A DNA stretch of 32,000 nucleotides, from positions 1-32,000 of the forward strand of contig CP145869.1 of the NCBI GenBank assembly GCA_041941765.1, written 5' to 3'. The DNA is from Candidatus Saccharimonadota bacterium. GTDB lineage: Bacteria > Pseudomonadota > Gammaproteobacteria > Enterobacterales > Enterobacteriaceae. Position numbers and translations under genes: made by a program. Below, one piece after another: positions 1 to 11,372 of the stretch; positions within the stretch are counted from its first letter, which is position 1; each line of letters starts with the position of its first letter. The notes under the pieces are model-generated. The model worked only from the letters and a program-made list of their open reading frames with translations, did not search any database and was not told the DNA's origin.

Positions 1-37
1 ATACTATACAATATTTCAAATTATATGCAATATATTT

Positions 38-574
38 TTAGGAATTGTTATTTTTTATAGCACGTTTAATAGCAATTAAAATTTCTTTTTTTGATTCTTC
101 AGCATTATACCAACCTATTATTTTTGTCCACTTATTTTTTTCCAAATCTTTATAATGTTCAAAAAAATAATTAATTTTATTTATTAAATGTAGTGGTAAA
201 TCTTTAATATCTAAAATAGAATCATATTCTGTAGTTAATGTATTATGAGGTACAGCTATAATTTTAAAATCATAACCTGATTCATCCATCATTTTTAGAA
301 TACCTATTGGTCGACATAAAATAACACTTCTTGGTTGTAAAGCTGGTGCTATTACTAAACTATCAAGAGGATCACCATCAAGTGATAAAGTATTATTTAG
401 ATATCCATAATTACATGGATAACACATGGAAGTCGTTAAAAATCTATCAACCCATAAAGTTCCACTCTTTTTATTAATTTCATATTTTATTGAATGATGG
501 TTAGATGGTATCTCTATAATAACATAGATATCATGAGGTAAATTTTCACCAGTTGGAATTAAGTCTAAACACAT
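38..574 (-). CDS. ppa: inorganic pyrophosphatase
   Basis: The 178-aa ORF is colinear with E. coli Ppa (176 aa). Conserved strings include DIYVIIEIP, YPCNYGY, LSLDGDPLD and FFEHYKDLEK. Confidence 0.95.
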   Translation of the reverse strand: MCLDLIPTGENLPHDIYVIIEIPSNHHSIKYEINKKSGTLWVDRFLTTSMCYPCNYGYLNNTLSLDGDPLDSLVIAPALQPRSVILCRPIGILKMMDESGYDFKIIAVPHNTLTTEYDSILDIKDLPLHLINKINYFFEHYKDLEKNKWTKIIGWYNAEESKKEILIAIKRAIKNNNS

Positions 575-666
575 TAAATTATCCTATTAAAATTGATATG
601 AAAAAATTTTTATTCATAATATAATCTCAAAAGAAATACGGATTATTAAATCTCAAGAGATAAAAT

Positions 667-1284
667 ATGTATAAAAAAAATACAATCTTTATAATTTCAG
701 CACCAAGTGGTACAGGAAAAACTAGTATAATACAAACTGTATTAAAGATGTTAAATACAGCTAAATTATCTATTTCTTATACTACTAGAAAAAAACGATC
801 TCAAGAAAATAATGGAGAACATTATTATTTCATATCTAATGAAAAATTTCAAAATCTAATCAAACAAAAAGAATTTTTAGAATATACAAAAATTTTTGGT
901 AATTTTTACGGTACTTCACGTTTAGACATGGAAAAATTATGTTCAAAATATCAAGATATTTTACTTGATATTAATTGGCAAGGAGCAAATCAAATTCGTA
1001 AACATATTCCTAATACATGCAGTATCTTTATATTACCACCATCAAAAACTGAATTAATAAAACGTTTATATTCTCGTGGACAAGATAGTAAGCAATCTAT
1101 AGAACAACGTTTTGCACAAGCTATTTCAGAAATGAAACATTATAAAAAATATGATTATATTATTATAAATGATACTTTGGAAAAAGCAGTATATGATTTA
1201 AATAGTATTATTCATGTAGAAAAATTAAAATTGTATAAACAAATCATACATAATAATGTTATTATTAGTGAATTACTAACCTAA
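667..1284 (+). CDS. gmk: guanylate kinase
   Basis: The 205-aa ORF has the P-loop SAPSGTGKTS, then SISYTTRKKR and EYTKIFGNFYGTS. It lies immediately upstream of rpoZ, as in E. coli. Confidence 0.95.
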   Translation: MYKKNTIFIISAPSGTGKTSIIQTVLKMLNTAKLSISYTTRKKRSQENNGEHYYFISNEKFQNLIKQKEFLEYTKIFGNFYGTSRLDMEKLCSKYQDILLDINWQGANQIRKHIPNTCSIFILPPSKTELIKRLYSRGQDSKQSIEQRFAQAISEMKHYKKYDYIIINDTLEKAVYDLNSIIHVEKLKLYKQIIHNNVIISELLT

Positions 1285-1328
1285 CTAATTGATAAAATAA
1301 AACTATTTAAGTTATTAGAGAATTTAAT

Positions 1329-1532
1329 ATGGCACGTATAACTGTTCAAAAAGCAGTAGAAAAAATTGGCAATCGTTTTGATTTAGTTTTAATTGCAGCC
1401 AAAAGAGCTCGTCAGATACAAAAAGATCATCAAGTACCATTAGTTCCATCTGAGAATGATAAATCTACTATTATTGCATTAAAAGAAATTGAACAAGGAT
1501 TAATTTTAAGAGATTTTTTTGAACTTTTTTAA
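1329..1532 (+). CDS. rpoZ: DNA-directed RNA polymerase subunit omega (shortened to 67 aa)
   Basis: The N-terminus [29 protein letters not shown] matches E. coli RpoZ. The C-terminal tail is truncated relative to the 91-aa E. coli protein. Confidence 0.93.
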   Translation: MARITVQKAVEKIGNRFDLVLIAAKRARQIQKDHQVPLVPSENDKSTIIALKEIEQGLILRDFFELF

Positions 1533-1631
1533 TCTATTTTAGATAGAATTCTTAATTGTTTTAATTTAATTGCTTTTTATAAAAAAAAATATTTTACGAA
1601 TACTGTAAAAAATTAAAATTCATATAACAAA

Positions 1632-2294
1632 ATGAAATTATGGAAACGTCAATTTATTGAATTTATATTACATAATCAAGCTCTAAAATTTGGACAATTT
1701 ACTTTAAAATCAGGACGTTGTAGTCCTTATTTTTTTAATTTGGGTATGATTAGAACTGGATCAGATTTAGCATTATTGGGACGTTTTTATGCAAATGCAT
1801 TAATAGAATCAGGTATAGATTTTGATATAATCTTTGGTCCAGCTTATAAAGGAATCTTTATTAGTACTGCTACAACAATTGCATTAGCAGAATACTATGG
1901 AAAAAAAATACTATATTGTTGTAATCGTAAAGAAACTAAAATGCATGGAGAACAGGGTTTATTTATAGGAGCTCCACTAAAAGGACGTATTATTTTAGTA
2001 GATGATGTTATCACAACTGGAACTACTATTCATGAATCTATGAATATGATTCAACAACAAGCTCATTATTATTGCAAATTATCGGGAATATTAGTAGCTT
2101 TAGATCGTCAAGAAATGAATAATAATATTGCAGCTACTAAAGAAGTAGAAAAATATTATAATTGTAAAGTAATATCTCTAATTTCTATAACAGAATTAAT
2201 TCATTATACAGATATAATAAATCCACACCTTGCTAAACAACTTCGTTTTTATCAATTTAAATATGGATATAAAAATTATTTTAATAATAATTAA
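1632..2294 (+). CDS. pyrE: orotate phosphoribosyltransferase
   Basis: The 220-aa ORF contains FGQFTLKSGRCSPYFFN and the PRPP-binding loop ILVDDVITTGTT. Confidence 0.94.
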   Translation: MKLWKRQFIEFILHNQALKFGQFTLKSGRCSPYFFNLGMIRTGSDLALLGRFYANALIESGIDFDIIFGPAYKGIFISTATTIALAEYYGKKILYCCNRKETKMHGEQGLFIGAPLKGRIILVDDVITTGTTIHESMNMIQQQAHYYCKLSGILVALDRQEMNNNIAATKEVEKYYNCKVISLISITELIHYTDIINPHLAKQLRFYQFKYGYKNYFNNN

Positions 2295-2321
2295 TTTAAT
2301 TAAATATTATTATTATTATTA

Positions 2322-2777
2322 TCATTCATCAGAATGTCCAAAACTTCCTATTCCCCGTTGGCTGGGATCAAAACTATTCACTAAATTTAATTCAACTTGT
2401 ACAATAGGTAAAAAAACTAATTGAGCAATTTTCTGATTGGGTTTAATCAAAAAGGTTTTTGTACCTCGATTCCATACTGAAATCATTATTTCACCTTGAT
2501 AATCTGAATCAATCAAACCAATTAAATTTCCTAAAACAATTCCATATTTATGGCCCAATCCAGAACGTGGTAAAACTAAGGCTGCTAATGAAGGATCAGC
2601 AATATGAATTGCTAAACCAGTTGATACTAAGATACTTTTTCCAGAATGTAATTCGACTACTTCATCTAAACAAGCACGTAAATCTAATCCAGCAGAACCA
2701 GATGTTGCATAATAAGGTAAGAGAAGACTCTTATCTATACAATTATTAAGAATTTTTATGTTAATTTTTTTTTTCAT
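2322..2777 (-). CDS. dut: dUTP diphosphatase
   Basis: The 151-aa ORF contains [31 protein letters not shown] and a C-terminal GSFGHS motif. It is near-colinear with E. coli Dut. Confidence 0.96.
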   Translation of the reverse strand: MKKKINIKILNNCIDKSLLLPYYATSGSAGLDLRACLDEVVELHSGKSILVSTGLAIHIADPSLAALVLPRSGLGHKYGIVLGNLIGLIDSDYQGEIMISVWNRGTKTFLIKPNQKIAQLVFLPIVQVELNLVNSFDPSQRGIGSFGHSDE

Positions 2778-2887
2778 AAAATAGAGTATAATATATAACT
2801 TACTTATAATAAATTTATTTTGAATTCTAAACTATTCATTTTTATGGATTATCTAAAATTCAAATCTAATAATAGAGAATAATTATT

Positions 2888-3106
2888 ATGTCACGATTCT
2901 GTCAAGTTACAGGCAAACGTCCATTAAGTGGAAATTATCGTTCTCATGCGATGAATGCTAAAAAAAGAAGATTTTTTCCTAATTTACATTTCCATTATTT
3001 TTGGATTGAAAGTAAAAAAGCATTTGTTAAAATACGTGTTTCCACAAAAGGAATGAGAATTATAAATAAAAAAGGTATAAATTCATTAATAACTAAAATT
3101 AAATAA
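2888..3106 (+). CDS. rpmB: 50S ribosomal protein L28
   Basis: [33 protein letters not shown] matches E. coli RpmB. rpmG follows it. Confidence 0.96.
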   Translation: MSRFCQVTGKRPLSGNYRSHAMNAKKRRFFPNLHFHYFWIESKKAFVKIRVSTKGMRIINKKGINSLITKIK

Positions 3107-3118
3107 TTAGGAAAAAAT

Positions 3119-3289
3119 ATGAGTAAAAAAAGTTCACGAGAAATAATTAAACTTATATCTACAGCAAATACTGGACATTTTTATACTACTACTAGAAATA
3201 AAAAAAATAAACCTGAAAAAAAAATGCAATTTAAAAAATTTGATCCTAAAATTCGTAAACATGTTATTTACAAAGAAGCAAAAATTTAA
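3119..3289 (+). CDS. rpmG: 50S ribosomal protein L33
   Basis: This ORF is too short for the supplied ORF track. My own translation is [56 protein letters not shown] (56 aa), colinear with E. coli RpmG. The track ORF 3134..3349(-) is its antisense shadow. Confidence 0.93.
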   Translation: MSKKSSREIIKLISTANTGHFYTTTRNKKNKPEKKMQFKKFDPKIRKHVIYKEAKI

Positions 3290-3314
3290 AAAAATAAAAT
3301 AGGTTTTATATAAA

Positions 3315-4115
3315 TTGCCTGAACTACCGGAAATAGAAATAATTTGCAATGAAATGAAATTCCATTTACTAGGAAAAAAGATTATTCATTGCATTATATA
3401 CAATAGATCTTTAAAATTACCTATATCAGATGAAATATATACTTTACAAAATCAGGATATATTAAGTATACAACGTCGGGGTAGATATATTATTATACAA
3501 CTACCTTTAGGTTATATAATAATTCATCTAGGTATGTCGGGTAGTCTACGTATTTTTCCTTTAAATACTATACCACATAAAAATGATCATATTGATTTAA
3601 TAATCAATAAGAGACAAATCTTACGTTATACAGATCCTCGTCGTTTTGGGATGTGGCTATGGAGTAGTAATATGCATCAGCTAAAAAATTTAGGTCTAGA
3701 ACCTTTAACTGATGAATTTTCAGGTGATTATTTATTTCGTGAATCTCGTAATAAACGTATATCAGTAAAATCTTGGCTTATGGATAATAAATTTGTAGTA
3801 GGTATTGGTAATATTTATTCTAATGAATCTTTATTTTTAGCAGGGATTTTACCTATGCGTATGATATCTAGTTTAACCCTTTTAGAATCACAAGTTCTGG
3901 TGAAAACGATAAAACAAATACTAATAGAAGCTATTATGCTTGGAGGTACTACCTTACGTGATTTTTGCCACCTTGATGGTAAAAGTGGACAGTTTATTAA
4001 GAAATTAAATGTATATGGTCGTACAAATAAACCATGTAAAAAATGTGGTACATTAATTAAATCTCTTCGATATAGACAACGTAGTACTTTTTTTTGTTGT
4101 AAATGCCAATTTTAA
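3315..4115 (+). CDS. mutM: formamidopyrimidine-DNA glycosylase
   Basis: The 266-aa ORF begins with TTG followed by PELPEIE, so the catalytic N-terminal Pro comes right after the initiator. It also has HLGMSGS, RYTDPRRFG and the C-terminal zinc finger CKKCG...FFCCKCQ. Confidence 0.95.
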   Translation: MPELPEIEIICNEMKFHLLGKKIIHCIIYNRSLKLPISDEIYTLQNQDILSIQRRGRYIIIQLPLGYIIIHLGMSGSLRIFPLNTIPHKNDHIDLIINKRQILRYTDPRRFGMWLWSSNMHQLKNLGLEPLTDEFSGDYLFRESRNKRISVKSWLMDNKFVVGIGNIYSNESLFLAGILPMRMISSLTLLESQVLVKTIKQILIEAIMLGGTTLRDFCHLDGKSGQFIKKLNVYGRTNKPCKKCGTLIKSLRYRQRSTFFCCKCQF

Positions 4116-4148
4116 TTTATCAAATGTACATAAATTTAAATAATTTTC

Positions 4149-4601
4149 ATGCAAAATCTAATACAATTATATACTATACATCCAACACTTTGTATTATTT
4201 GGATTATATTACTTATATTATTAATAATATCTAATATATTAGTATTATTTAATCAATATACATTCATTAATTGTACTGAAGCAACACTTTTAATTAATAA
4301 ACAAGATGCTAAAGTCATTGATATCCGATCTAATGATGAATATTATCAAACACATATTCCGAATTCTATTAATATATTAGCAAGTGAGATTAAACATTCT
4401 TCTTATATAATACAAAAACTACAACCATATAAAAATTATCCTATTATTATTGTAGGATCTGGAATAAATAAAATGGAAGACACTGAAATAGCATCAAAGC
4501 TAAATCAATTAAAATTCCAAAAAGTTTATATTTTAGAATCAGGATTAATTGATTGGAATAAAGAAAATTTACCTTTAATTAAAAGAGAAACATTAAAATA
4601 A
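4149..4601 (+). CDS. yibN: membrane-anchored rhodanese-domain protein (YibN-like)
   Basis: The 150-aa ORF has an N-terminal hydrophobic helix (CIIWIILLILLIISNILVLF) followed by a rhodanese fold. ATLLINKQDAKVIDIR and ESGLIDWNKENLPLIK are colinear with E. coli YibN. Confidence 0.75.
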   Translation: MQNLIQLYTIHPTLCIIWIILLILLIISNILVLFNQYTFINCTEATLLINKQDAKVIDIRSNDEYYQTHIPNSINILASEIKHSSYIIQKLQPYKNYPIIIVGSGINKMEDTEIASKLNQLKFQKVYILESGLIDWNKENLPLIKRETLK

Positions 4602-4647
4602 AGTAATTAGAGAAGAATATTTATTTTATATTATAACAATGGATTAA

Positions 4648-5451
4648 CTAACTTATATAATTGAGGTATTTTTTATTTATAGCTTTCAAAGCTAATTGAA
4701 TTATTTTATAAAAAGTCATGACATTTAAAGAAGCTTTTCCAATGAGTACACCATCAATATCTGGTTGCAAAAAAAAATTATATGCATTATCAGAATTAAC
4801 TGATCCTCCATATTGAATAATAAGTTGTTTAGCAATAACTAAATTTTTGGTAGCTATATAATCACGAATAATTTTATGTATAGATTGTGCATCTTTAGGT
4901 GATAAAGAATGTTTAGTACCAATAGCCCAAATTGGTTCATAAGCAATTACTGTATTTTTAAAGGCATCTATACCTTGAGTTTGTAGTATACTGTTAATCT
5001 GTCGTATACATACTTTTTCCGTTTCACCGTTTATATTTTCAATCTTATTTTCTCCAATACAAAAAATAGGTATAAGCCCAACTTTTTTTACTATTGCAAA
5101 TTTTGTAGCTATTAAATCATCATTTTCTTGATGAGAAATTCGCCGTTCTGAATGTCCTATAATAACATATTTAATACCAAAATCTTTTAACATATTAGCA
5201 GAGATATCTCCTGTAAATGGACCTTCGAGATGAATATCTACATTTTGAGCACCTAAAGAAATATAAGAAAGATCTATAAGAGATTGATTCACTTGATCTA
5301 AATACATAACAGGAGGAACAATTACTACACCACAATATTTTTCAGGAAAATTAATATTCATTAATTTATAACGTAAGATTTTTATATAATCCTCTATAAT
5401 TTTTTTATTACCATTTAGTTTCCAATTAGCTATTATTAATAAATTACGCAT
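4648..5451 (-). CDS. tpiA: triosephosphate isomerase
   Basis: The 267-aa ORF contains ANWKLNG, IIGHSERR, AYEPIWAIGT and IQYGGSV. Confidence 0.96.
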   Translation of the reverse strand: MRNLLIIANWKLNGNKKIIEDYIKILRYKLMNINFPEKYCGVVIVPPVMYLDQVNQSLIDLSYISLGAQNVDIHLEGPFTGDISANMLKDFGIKYVIIGHSERRISHQENDDLIATKFAIVKKVGLIPIFCIGENKIENINGETEKVCIRQINSILQTQGIDAFKNTVIAYEPIWAIGTKHSLSPKDAQSIHKIIRDYIATKNLVIAKQLIIQYGGSVNSDNAYNFFLQPDIDGVLIGKASLNVMTFYKIIQLALKAINKKYLNYIS

Positions 5452-5457
5452 TTATTA

Positions 5458-6225
5458 TTACCAATAATGCTCTGTTGTTATATGACCAACATCTTTACCA
5501 TGACGTAAATGCTTATTCATTTTTTTTACTTTTTGTAATATTTCTTGTGTTTCACGTACCATATTGGGATTACCACATAACATAACATGACTGTTTTGTG
5601 GATCAAGTTGAATATTCAGAGCTTGTTCAAGTTGTCCATCAGCAATTAATGCCGGGATACGACCTAATAAAGATCCAGAATTATATTCTCGACTAACTAT
5701 AGTTTGAATTTTTAATTTTTTATTAAATTTTTCTTTTAATTGTTGCATTAGTGTTAAATAACATAAATCTTTTGCATAACGCACAGCATGAACTAATATT
5801 ATATGCTGAAATCTTTCTAAATCTTTACCTTCTTGCAGTATTGATAAATATGGTCCAATTCCTGTACCAGTTGCTAACATCCACAGATTATTACAACTAG
5901 GAATTTCTTTTAATACAAAAAAACCACATGCTTCTTTAGAAATTAATAATTCACTACCAAGTTTAAGATTATGTAAATAAGGACTTAATTTACCATCTTT
6001 TACTGTTACTATATAAAATTCTAAATCATTATTACTTGGAGCATTTACATATGAATAAGCCCGTTGTATACGTTTTTTTCTATTATTAATTTGAATTTCA
6101 AACGCAATTTTTGTAAATTGTCCTGCAATAAAAGGAGATATTGTTGCATGAACTTTAAGAGTAAATAAATTATCAGTCCAGTGTATTACTTGTATAACTT
6201 TTGCTACTACCCAATTACTACCCAT
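5458..6225 (-). CDS. fpr: ferredoxin/flavodoxin-NADP+ reductase
   Basis: The 255-aa ORF contains RAYSYVN, LEFYIVTV.DGKLSP, WMLATGTGIGPYLSIL, MLCGNPNMV and the terminal TEHYW. It sits between tpiA and glpK, as in E. coli. Confidence 0.92.
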   Translation of the reverse strand: MGSNWVVAKVIQVIHWTDNLFTLKVHATISPFIAGQFTKIAFEIQINNRKKRIQRAYSYVNAPSNNDLEFYIVTVKDGKLSPYLHNLKLGSELLISKEACGFFVLKEIPSCNNLWMLATGTGIGPYLSILQEGKDLERFQHIILVHAVRYAKDLCYLTLMQQLKEKFNKKLKIQTIVSREYNSGSLLGRIPALIADGQLEQALNIQLDPQNSHVMLCGNPNMVRETQEILQKVKKMNKHLRHGKDVGHITTEHYW

Positions 6226-6241
6226 ATAATTACCTCTTCTA

Positions 6242-7759
6242 CTAAGAATTGAGATTAATTTTCCATTGTTGAGTTAAAGAAACTGCTTGACGCCATTTAT
6301 TATATTTTTCATTTCTGTCTCTCATAGAGATACTGGGTATAAAAGATCTTTCAATTGTTAATTTAGCATGTATTTCTTCTAAATCAACCCAAAAACCTAC
6401 AGCTAATCCCGCCAAAAAAGCCGCTCCTAAAGCGGTTACTTCACATAAATATGGACGTTCTAAATGTATTCCAAGAATATCAGATTGAAATTGCATTAAA
6501 AAATTATTTGTTACTGCTCCTCCATCTACTCTAAGCATATTTATACAATAATTTGTATCGGATTGCATTGCCTCTAGAACATCACGAGTCTGATAAGCAA
6601 TTGATTCTAATGTTGCTCTAATAATATGATTAGCATTAGTACCACGAGTTAATCCAAATATAGCACCTCTAGCATATGCATCCCAATAAGGAGCACCTAA
6701 ACCAGTAAAAGCTGGAACAATATATATACCATTAGTATTTTTAACTTGATTAGCAAAATACTCCGAATCTACAGCATTATTTATTAATTTAATTTCATCA
6801 CGTAACCATTGGATAGAAGCTCCAGCAATAAATACTGTACCTTCCAGAGCATAATTAACTTCACCATGTGAACCACATGCAATAGTAGTTAATAAACCAT
6901 GAGTAGAATGAATAACTGTTGATTTGGTATTCATCAACATAAAACATCCTGTACCATAAGTATTTTTAGTCATTCCGAATTGAACACACAATTGACCGTA
7001 CAGTGCTGCTTGTTGATCTCCAGCTATACCTGCTATAGCAATTGGTTTATCATTTATTCCACCACATATATTAGTAAAACCATAAATTTCTGAAGAAGGA
7101 CGTACTTGTGGTAAAATTATACTTGGAATGTCAAAGATATCTAATAATTTTTGATCCCATTTAAGGGTATGTATATTAAATAACATAGTACGTGAAGCAT
7201 TAGTATAATCTGTAACATGCACACGTCCTTGAGTCATTTTCCAAACTAACCAACTATCAATAGTACCAAATAAGACTTCTCCACGTTTAGCTTTTTCACG
7301 TACTCCTGAAACATGATCAAAAATCCATTTTACTTTAGTAGCAGAAAAATAAGGATTTATTACTAATCCAGTATTTTGATGAATATAATTTTCCCATCCA
7401 TCTCTTTTGAGCTGTTCACATAAATCAGCAGTACGAGAACATTGCCAGACAATAGCATTATACACAGGTTTACCAGTTACTTTATCCCAAATAACCGTTG
7501 TTTCTCGTTGATTTGTAATACCAATTCCTAAAATTTCATCGGATTTAATATCAGAAGATGTAATTACATCTATTAGAGAAGAACAAAGAGATGCCCAGAT
7601 ATCTAAAGGATCATGTTCTACCCATCCTGCTTTAGGATAAATTTGTTTAAATTCACGCTGTGATATTGCTATAATGTTTACGTTACGATCTAATACTATT
7701 GCACGAGAATTAGTTGTACCTTGATCAAGAGCAACAATGTATTTTTTATCTATAGCCAT
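6242..7759 (-). CDS. glpK: glycerol kinase
   Basis: The 505-aa ORF contains [32 protein letters not shown] and [19 protein letters not shown]. It is full length relative to E. coli GlpK. Confidence 0.96.
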   Translation of the reverse strand: MAIDKKYIVALDQGTTNSRAIVLDRNVNIIAISQREFKQIYPKAGWVEHDPLDIWASLCSSLIDVITSSDIKSDEILGIGITNQRETTVIWDKVTGKPVYNAIVWQCSRTADLCEQLKRDGWENYIHQNTGLVINPYFSATKVKWIFDHVSGVREKAKRGEVLFGTIDSWLVWKMTQGRVHVTDYTNASRTMLFNIHTLKWDQKLLDIFDIPSIILPQVRPSSEIYGFTNICGGINDKPIAIAGIAGDQQAALYGQLCVQFGMTKNTYGTGCFMLMNTKSTVIHSTHGLLTTIACGSHGEVNYALEGTVFIAGASIQWLRDEIKLINNAVDSEYFANQVKNTNGIYIVPAFTGLGAPYWDAYARGAIFGLTRGTNANHIIRATLESIAYQTRDVLEAMQSDTNYCINMLRVDGGAVTNNFLMQFQSDILGIHLERPYLCEVTALGAAFLAGLAVGFWVDLEEIHAKLTIERSFIPSISMRDRNEKYNKWRQAVSLTQQWKINLNS

Positions 7760-7934
7760 TTATTCATTCCTGATACTAAAACCCTTATAAAGAATCATTG
7801 ACTAATAACTTTGCTTTTAAGTAAAGTTCGTTATGAATACATTTCATTTAGTTCACAATTACATTTACTATAGATAATGATATATTTTTCTATAATTAAA
7901 TTCTTGAATCGAATAGAAAATAGCTGAAAAAAAA

Positions 7935-9281
7935 CTATAATATGAAACGACTTAAATCTTCATCTGTCACGACTTCATCTAAATGATTAGATACATATTT
8001 TTCATCAATAGTAATAGTTTGACCACTAAGATCACTCGCTTCATAAGAAATCTCTTCCATTAATCGTTCTAATACAGTATATAACCTTCTAGCTCCAATA
8101 TTTTCTGTAGTTTCATTAACTTGCCAAGCAGATTCAGCAATTCGACGAATACCATCTTGAGTAAAATGAATATTTACACCTTCTGTAGCCATTAATGCTT
8201 TATATTGTGTAGTCATAGATGCATTTGGTTCAGTTAGAATACGTTCAAAATCATTTGTTGTCAAAGCTTGTAATTCAACACGAATGGGTAAACGTCCTTG
8301 AAGTTCTGGAATTAAATCAGAAGGACTTGCAACTTGGAAAGCACCAGAAGCTATAAATAAAATATGATCTGTTTTTACCATACCATGTTTAGTAGATATA
8401 TTACATCCTTCTACTAAAGGTAAAAGATCTCGTTGTACTCCTTCTCTCGACACATCCGGCCCAGTAGTTGATTCACCACTACGTTTACAAATTTTATCTA
8501 TTTCATCAATAAATACAATTCCATGTTGTTCTACTGATTCGATAGCCGATTTTTTTAAATCTTCAGGATTCAGTAATCGAGATCCTTCTTCTTCTATCAA
8601 GAATTTCATTGCATCTATAATTTTTAATTTATGTTTTTTTTGTTTTTGTCCACCTAAATTATGAAACATAGACTGTAATTGATTAGTCATTTCTTCCATA
8701 CCTGGTGGTGCCATAATTTCTATTCCCATTGTTGGAATGAGACTTAAATTAATCTCTATCTCTTGATCGTTTAATACTCCCTCTCGCAACTTTTGTCTGA
8801 ATACTTCTCGAGTTGAAGGTTCTTGATGAGAACCTTCTTTATTGACCCAATTAGTAGTAGAAGAACAAGGTGGTATTAATACATCTAATATTCGTTCCTC
8901 TGCCATTTTTTCTGCACGATGTCGATTTTCTTCCATACTTTTAAGACGTACTATTTTTATTGCAGAATCAGTTAAATCACGAATAATCGAATCAACTTCT
9001 TTACCTACATATCCTACTTCAGTAAATTTAGTTGCTTCAACTTTAATAAAGGGTGCATTGGCTAATTTGGCTAAACGACGAGCAATTTCCGTTTTTCCTA
9101 TTCCAGTTGGACCAATCATTAAAATATTTTTAGGAGTAATCTCATGACGTAGTTCTTCATTTAATTGCATCCGTCTCCAACGATTACGTAAAGCTATTGC
9201 AACAGCACGTTTAGCTTGTGTTTGACCAATAATAAATTTATCTAATTCACTAACTATTTCCCTAGGAGTCATCTCAGCCAT
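7935..9281 (-). CDS. hslU: ATP-dependent protease ATPase subunit HslU
   Basis: The 448-aa ORF begins [17 protein letters not shown]. It has the Walker A motif [15 protein letters not shown], Walker [10 protein letters not shown] and the terminal DLSRFIL. Confidence 0.97.
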   Translation of the reverse strand: MAEMTPREIVSELDKFIIGQTQAKRAVAIALRNRWRRMQLNEELRHEITPKNILMIGPTGIGKTEIARRLAKLANAPFIKVEATKFTEVGYVGKEVDSIIRDLTDSAIKIVRLKSMEENRHRAEKMAEERILDVLIPPCSSTTNWVNKEGSHQEPSTREVFRQKLREGVLNDQEIEINLSLIPTMGIEIMAPPGMEEMTNQLQSMFHNLGGQKQKKHKLKIIDAMKFLIEEEGSRLLNPEDLKKSAIESVEQHGIVFIDEIDKICKRSGESTTGPDVSREGVQRDLLPLVEGCNISTKHGMVKTDHILFIASGAFQVASPSDLIPELQGRLPIRVELQALTTNDFERILTEPNASMTTQYKALMATEGVNIHFTQDGIRRIAESAWQVNETTENIGARRLYTVLERLMEEISYEASDLSGQTITIDEKYVSNHLDEVVTDEDLSRFIL

Positions 9282-9296
9282 AATAAAGATCCTTCC

Positions 9297-9836
9297 TTAC
9301 TCTTTAGCTTTATTAGAGGTTAATTCTTCAATAGTAAAATTATGGTTGGTATAAATGCAAATATCACCAGCAATAGTTAAAGCTTTTTCTGTAATTTCAC
9401 GAGCATTAAGATTAGTTGTTTCTAACATTGCTGTAGCAGCTGCTTGAGCATAATTTCCACCCGAACCAATAGCTATAAGATCATTTTCAGGTTGAATAAC
9501 GTCACCAGTACCTGTAATGATCAACGAAGCATTTTCATCTGCAACAGCTAAAACAGCTTCCAATTTGCGTAACAGACGATCAGTACGCCAATCTTTTGCA
9601 AGTTCTACTGCTGCTTTTACTAAATGTCCTTGAAATATACCTAATTTGCGCTCAAAACGTTCAAATAACGTAAATGCATCTGCGGTTGTTCCTGCAAAAC
9701 CCGCTATGACCTGATCATTATAAAGACGACGCACTTTTTGGATATTTCTTTTCATTATTGTATATCCTATAGTCGCCTGACCATCACCACCCATAACTAC
9801 CTTATCATTACGACGTACACTTAGTATTGTTGTCAT
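9297..9836 (-). CDS. hslV: ATP-dependent protease subunit HslV
   Basis: The 179-aa ORF begins MTTILSVRR, giving the Thr nucleophile after Met removal. [20 protein letters not shown] and GSGGNYA are present. It lies directly upstream of hslU. Confidence 0.97.
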   Translation of the reverse strand: MTTILSVRRNDKVVMGGDGQATIGYTIMKRNIQKVRRLYNDQVIAGFAGTTADAFTLFERFERKLGIFQGHLVKAAVELAKDWRTDRLLRKLEAVLAVADENASLIITGTGDVIQPENDLIAIGSGGNYAQAAATAMLETTNLNAREITEKALTIAGDICIYTNHNFTIEELTSNKAKE

Positions 9837-10101
9837 TTATAACCCCCATCTGATGATATAAAAAATAATATCATCATCAGATATTAATTATGTTAGTATA
9901 TATTGGGTAATATTATTTATATTCAACCCATTTATAATAAATAAAATTATATATCAAGTATTACTTCCTACAAAGAAATTTATTATTTCATTATTGAATT
10001 TCTTAAATATTATAAAAAAAGTACAATTAATATAGATTTATAATAAACTAAAAAATTAGAATAATTACATTATTTTGTCCCCGACCAATAGGAATAAAAC
10101 T

Positions 10102-11328
10102 ATGAAACGAGTATTTATTATAGTATTAGACTCTTTTGGAATTGGGTATAGCCAAGATGCTGATCAGTTTGGAGATGTTGGAGCTAATACTCTAGGACAT
10201 ATTGCTGAAGCATGTATTAAAGGTCAAGCTAATACAAATCAACGTAAAGGTTCACTACATTTACCCAATCTTACAGCATTAGGATTAGCAAAAGCTGCCG
10301 AACAATCTACTGGTACTTTTCCTCCTGGTTTTAATAAAAATGCAAAAATTATTGGATGTTATAGTTACGCTAAAGAACTTTCTTTTAGTAAAGATAGTCC
10401 TACTGGACATTGGGAAATAGCAGGAGTACCTGTACTTTTTAAATGGGATTATTTTAATAGTCAAATTAATAGTTTTCCTAAAACCTTAATTGATAAAATT
10501 ATTGACCGTGCACAATTATCTGGATATTTAGGTAATTGTCATGCTTCTGGAACGATGATTCTAGATAATCTAGGAGAAGAACATATAAAAACTTCGAAAC
10601 CAATCTTTTATACTTCAACTGATTCAGTATTTCAAATTGCTTGTAATGAAGATTTATTTGGACTTAATAATTTATATCGATTAAGTACTATTACTCGTCA
10701 AATTATTAATGAAGAGGGTTATAAAATTTGTAGAGTAATAGCACGTCCCTTTATTGGGACAAAAAAAGGTTATTTTAAACGTACTTCAAATCGTTATGAT
10801 TTAACAATACCACCAAAAGCACCCACTATTTTAAATAAACTAATCGATGAAAAAAAAGGGAATGTTATTTCTATTGGCAAAATTGCTGATCTTTACGCAC
10901 ATTCGGGTATTACTAAAATCGTGAAAGCTGATGGATTAGAAGAACTATTAAAAGTTACTATGCAAGAAATAAATCAAGCAGTTGATAATACTATAGTATT
11001 TACTAATTTAGTAGATTTTGATTCTTTGTGGGGACATAGACGAGATGTAGCAGGTTATGCGACTGGATTAGAATTATTTGATAAATATTTACCCAAACTA
11101 CTATGTTTAGTAAAAAAAAATGATCTTTTAATTATTACAGCTGATCATGGTTGTGATCCAACTTGGTATGGAACTGATCATACGCGTGAACACATTCCTG
11201 TACTTCTATATAGTCCAATAATATCTTCAGGTTTTTTAGGACCACGAGACACTTTTGCAGATATTAGTCAAACCATAGCTAAATATTTTGATTTAACTCA
11301 GATGGAGTATGGTACAAGTATGTTGTAA
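10102..11328 (+). CDS. deoB: phosphopentomutase
   Basis: The ORF track begins at an upstream TTG (10075). The ATG at 10102 gives [15 protein letters not shown], aligns with the E. coli DeoB N-terminus, and is preceded by AGGA about 8 nt upstream. ADHGCDPT and [10 protein letters not shown] are also present. Confidence 0.94.
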   Translation: MKRVFIIVLDSFGIGYSQDADQFGDVGANTLGHIAEACIKGQANTNQRKGSLHLPNLTALGLAKAAEQSTGTFPPGFNKNAKIIGCYSYAKELSFSKDSPTGHWEIAGVPVLFKWDYFNSQINSFPKTLIDKIIDRAQLSGYLGNCHASGTMILDNLGEEHIKTSKPIFYTSTDSVFQIACNEDLFGLNNLYRLSTITRQIINEEGYKICRVIARPFIGTKKGYFKRTSNRYDLTIPPKAPTILNKLIDEKKGNVISIGKIADLYAHSGITKIVKADGLEELLKVTMQEINQAVDNTIVFTNLVDFDSLWGHRRDVAGYATGLELFDKYLPKLLCLVKKNDLLIITADHGCDPTWYGTDHTREHIPVLLYSPIISSGFLGPRDTFADISQTIAKYFDLTQMEYGTSML

Positions 11329-11372
11329 AAACACTAAAATAATAAATAATTTTTGTTTAAAAGGATAAATTA

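Noticed and set aside
2295-2321. A (TTA)n microsatellite-like run (attattattattattat) lies between the convergent pyrE and dut stops. A similar run occurs at about 13933-13950.
   Set aside because: These are short, low-complexity stretches typical of AT-rich intergenic DNA. The copy number is too low to call a tandem repeat of functional interest.
8842-9147. Several ORFs of 62-101 aa lie antisense to or nested within strong genes: 8842..9147(+) in hslU; 12751..13023(-) and 13060..13296(-) in radA; 14578..14799(-) in corA; 18517..18729(+) in rho; 21547..21771(-) in def; 22148..22369(-) in fmt; 2459..2749(+) in dut; 3134..3349(-) opposite rpmG; 2230..2424(+); 28133..28366(+); 29838..30059(+); 29969..30157(-).
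   Set aside because: All of them overlap well-supported conserved genes on the other strand or in another frame. They have low-complexity or odd composition and match no family I recognise. Shadow ORFs like these are expected in AT-rich DNA.
9843-9852. CCCCCATCT on the plus strand resembles the sigma-32 -10 consensus (CCCCATNT), and CCCATTTA occurs at about 9926-9933. These could be heat-shock promoters for hslVU.
   Set aside because: Both are on the plus strand and so point away from hslVU. The first is just the reverse complement of the hslV Shine-Dalgarno (GGGGG). Neither has a convincing CTTGAA -35 element at the right spacing.
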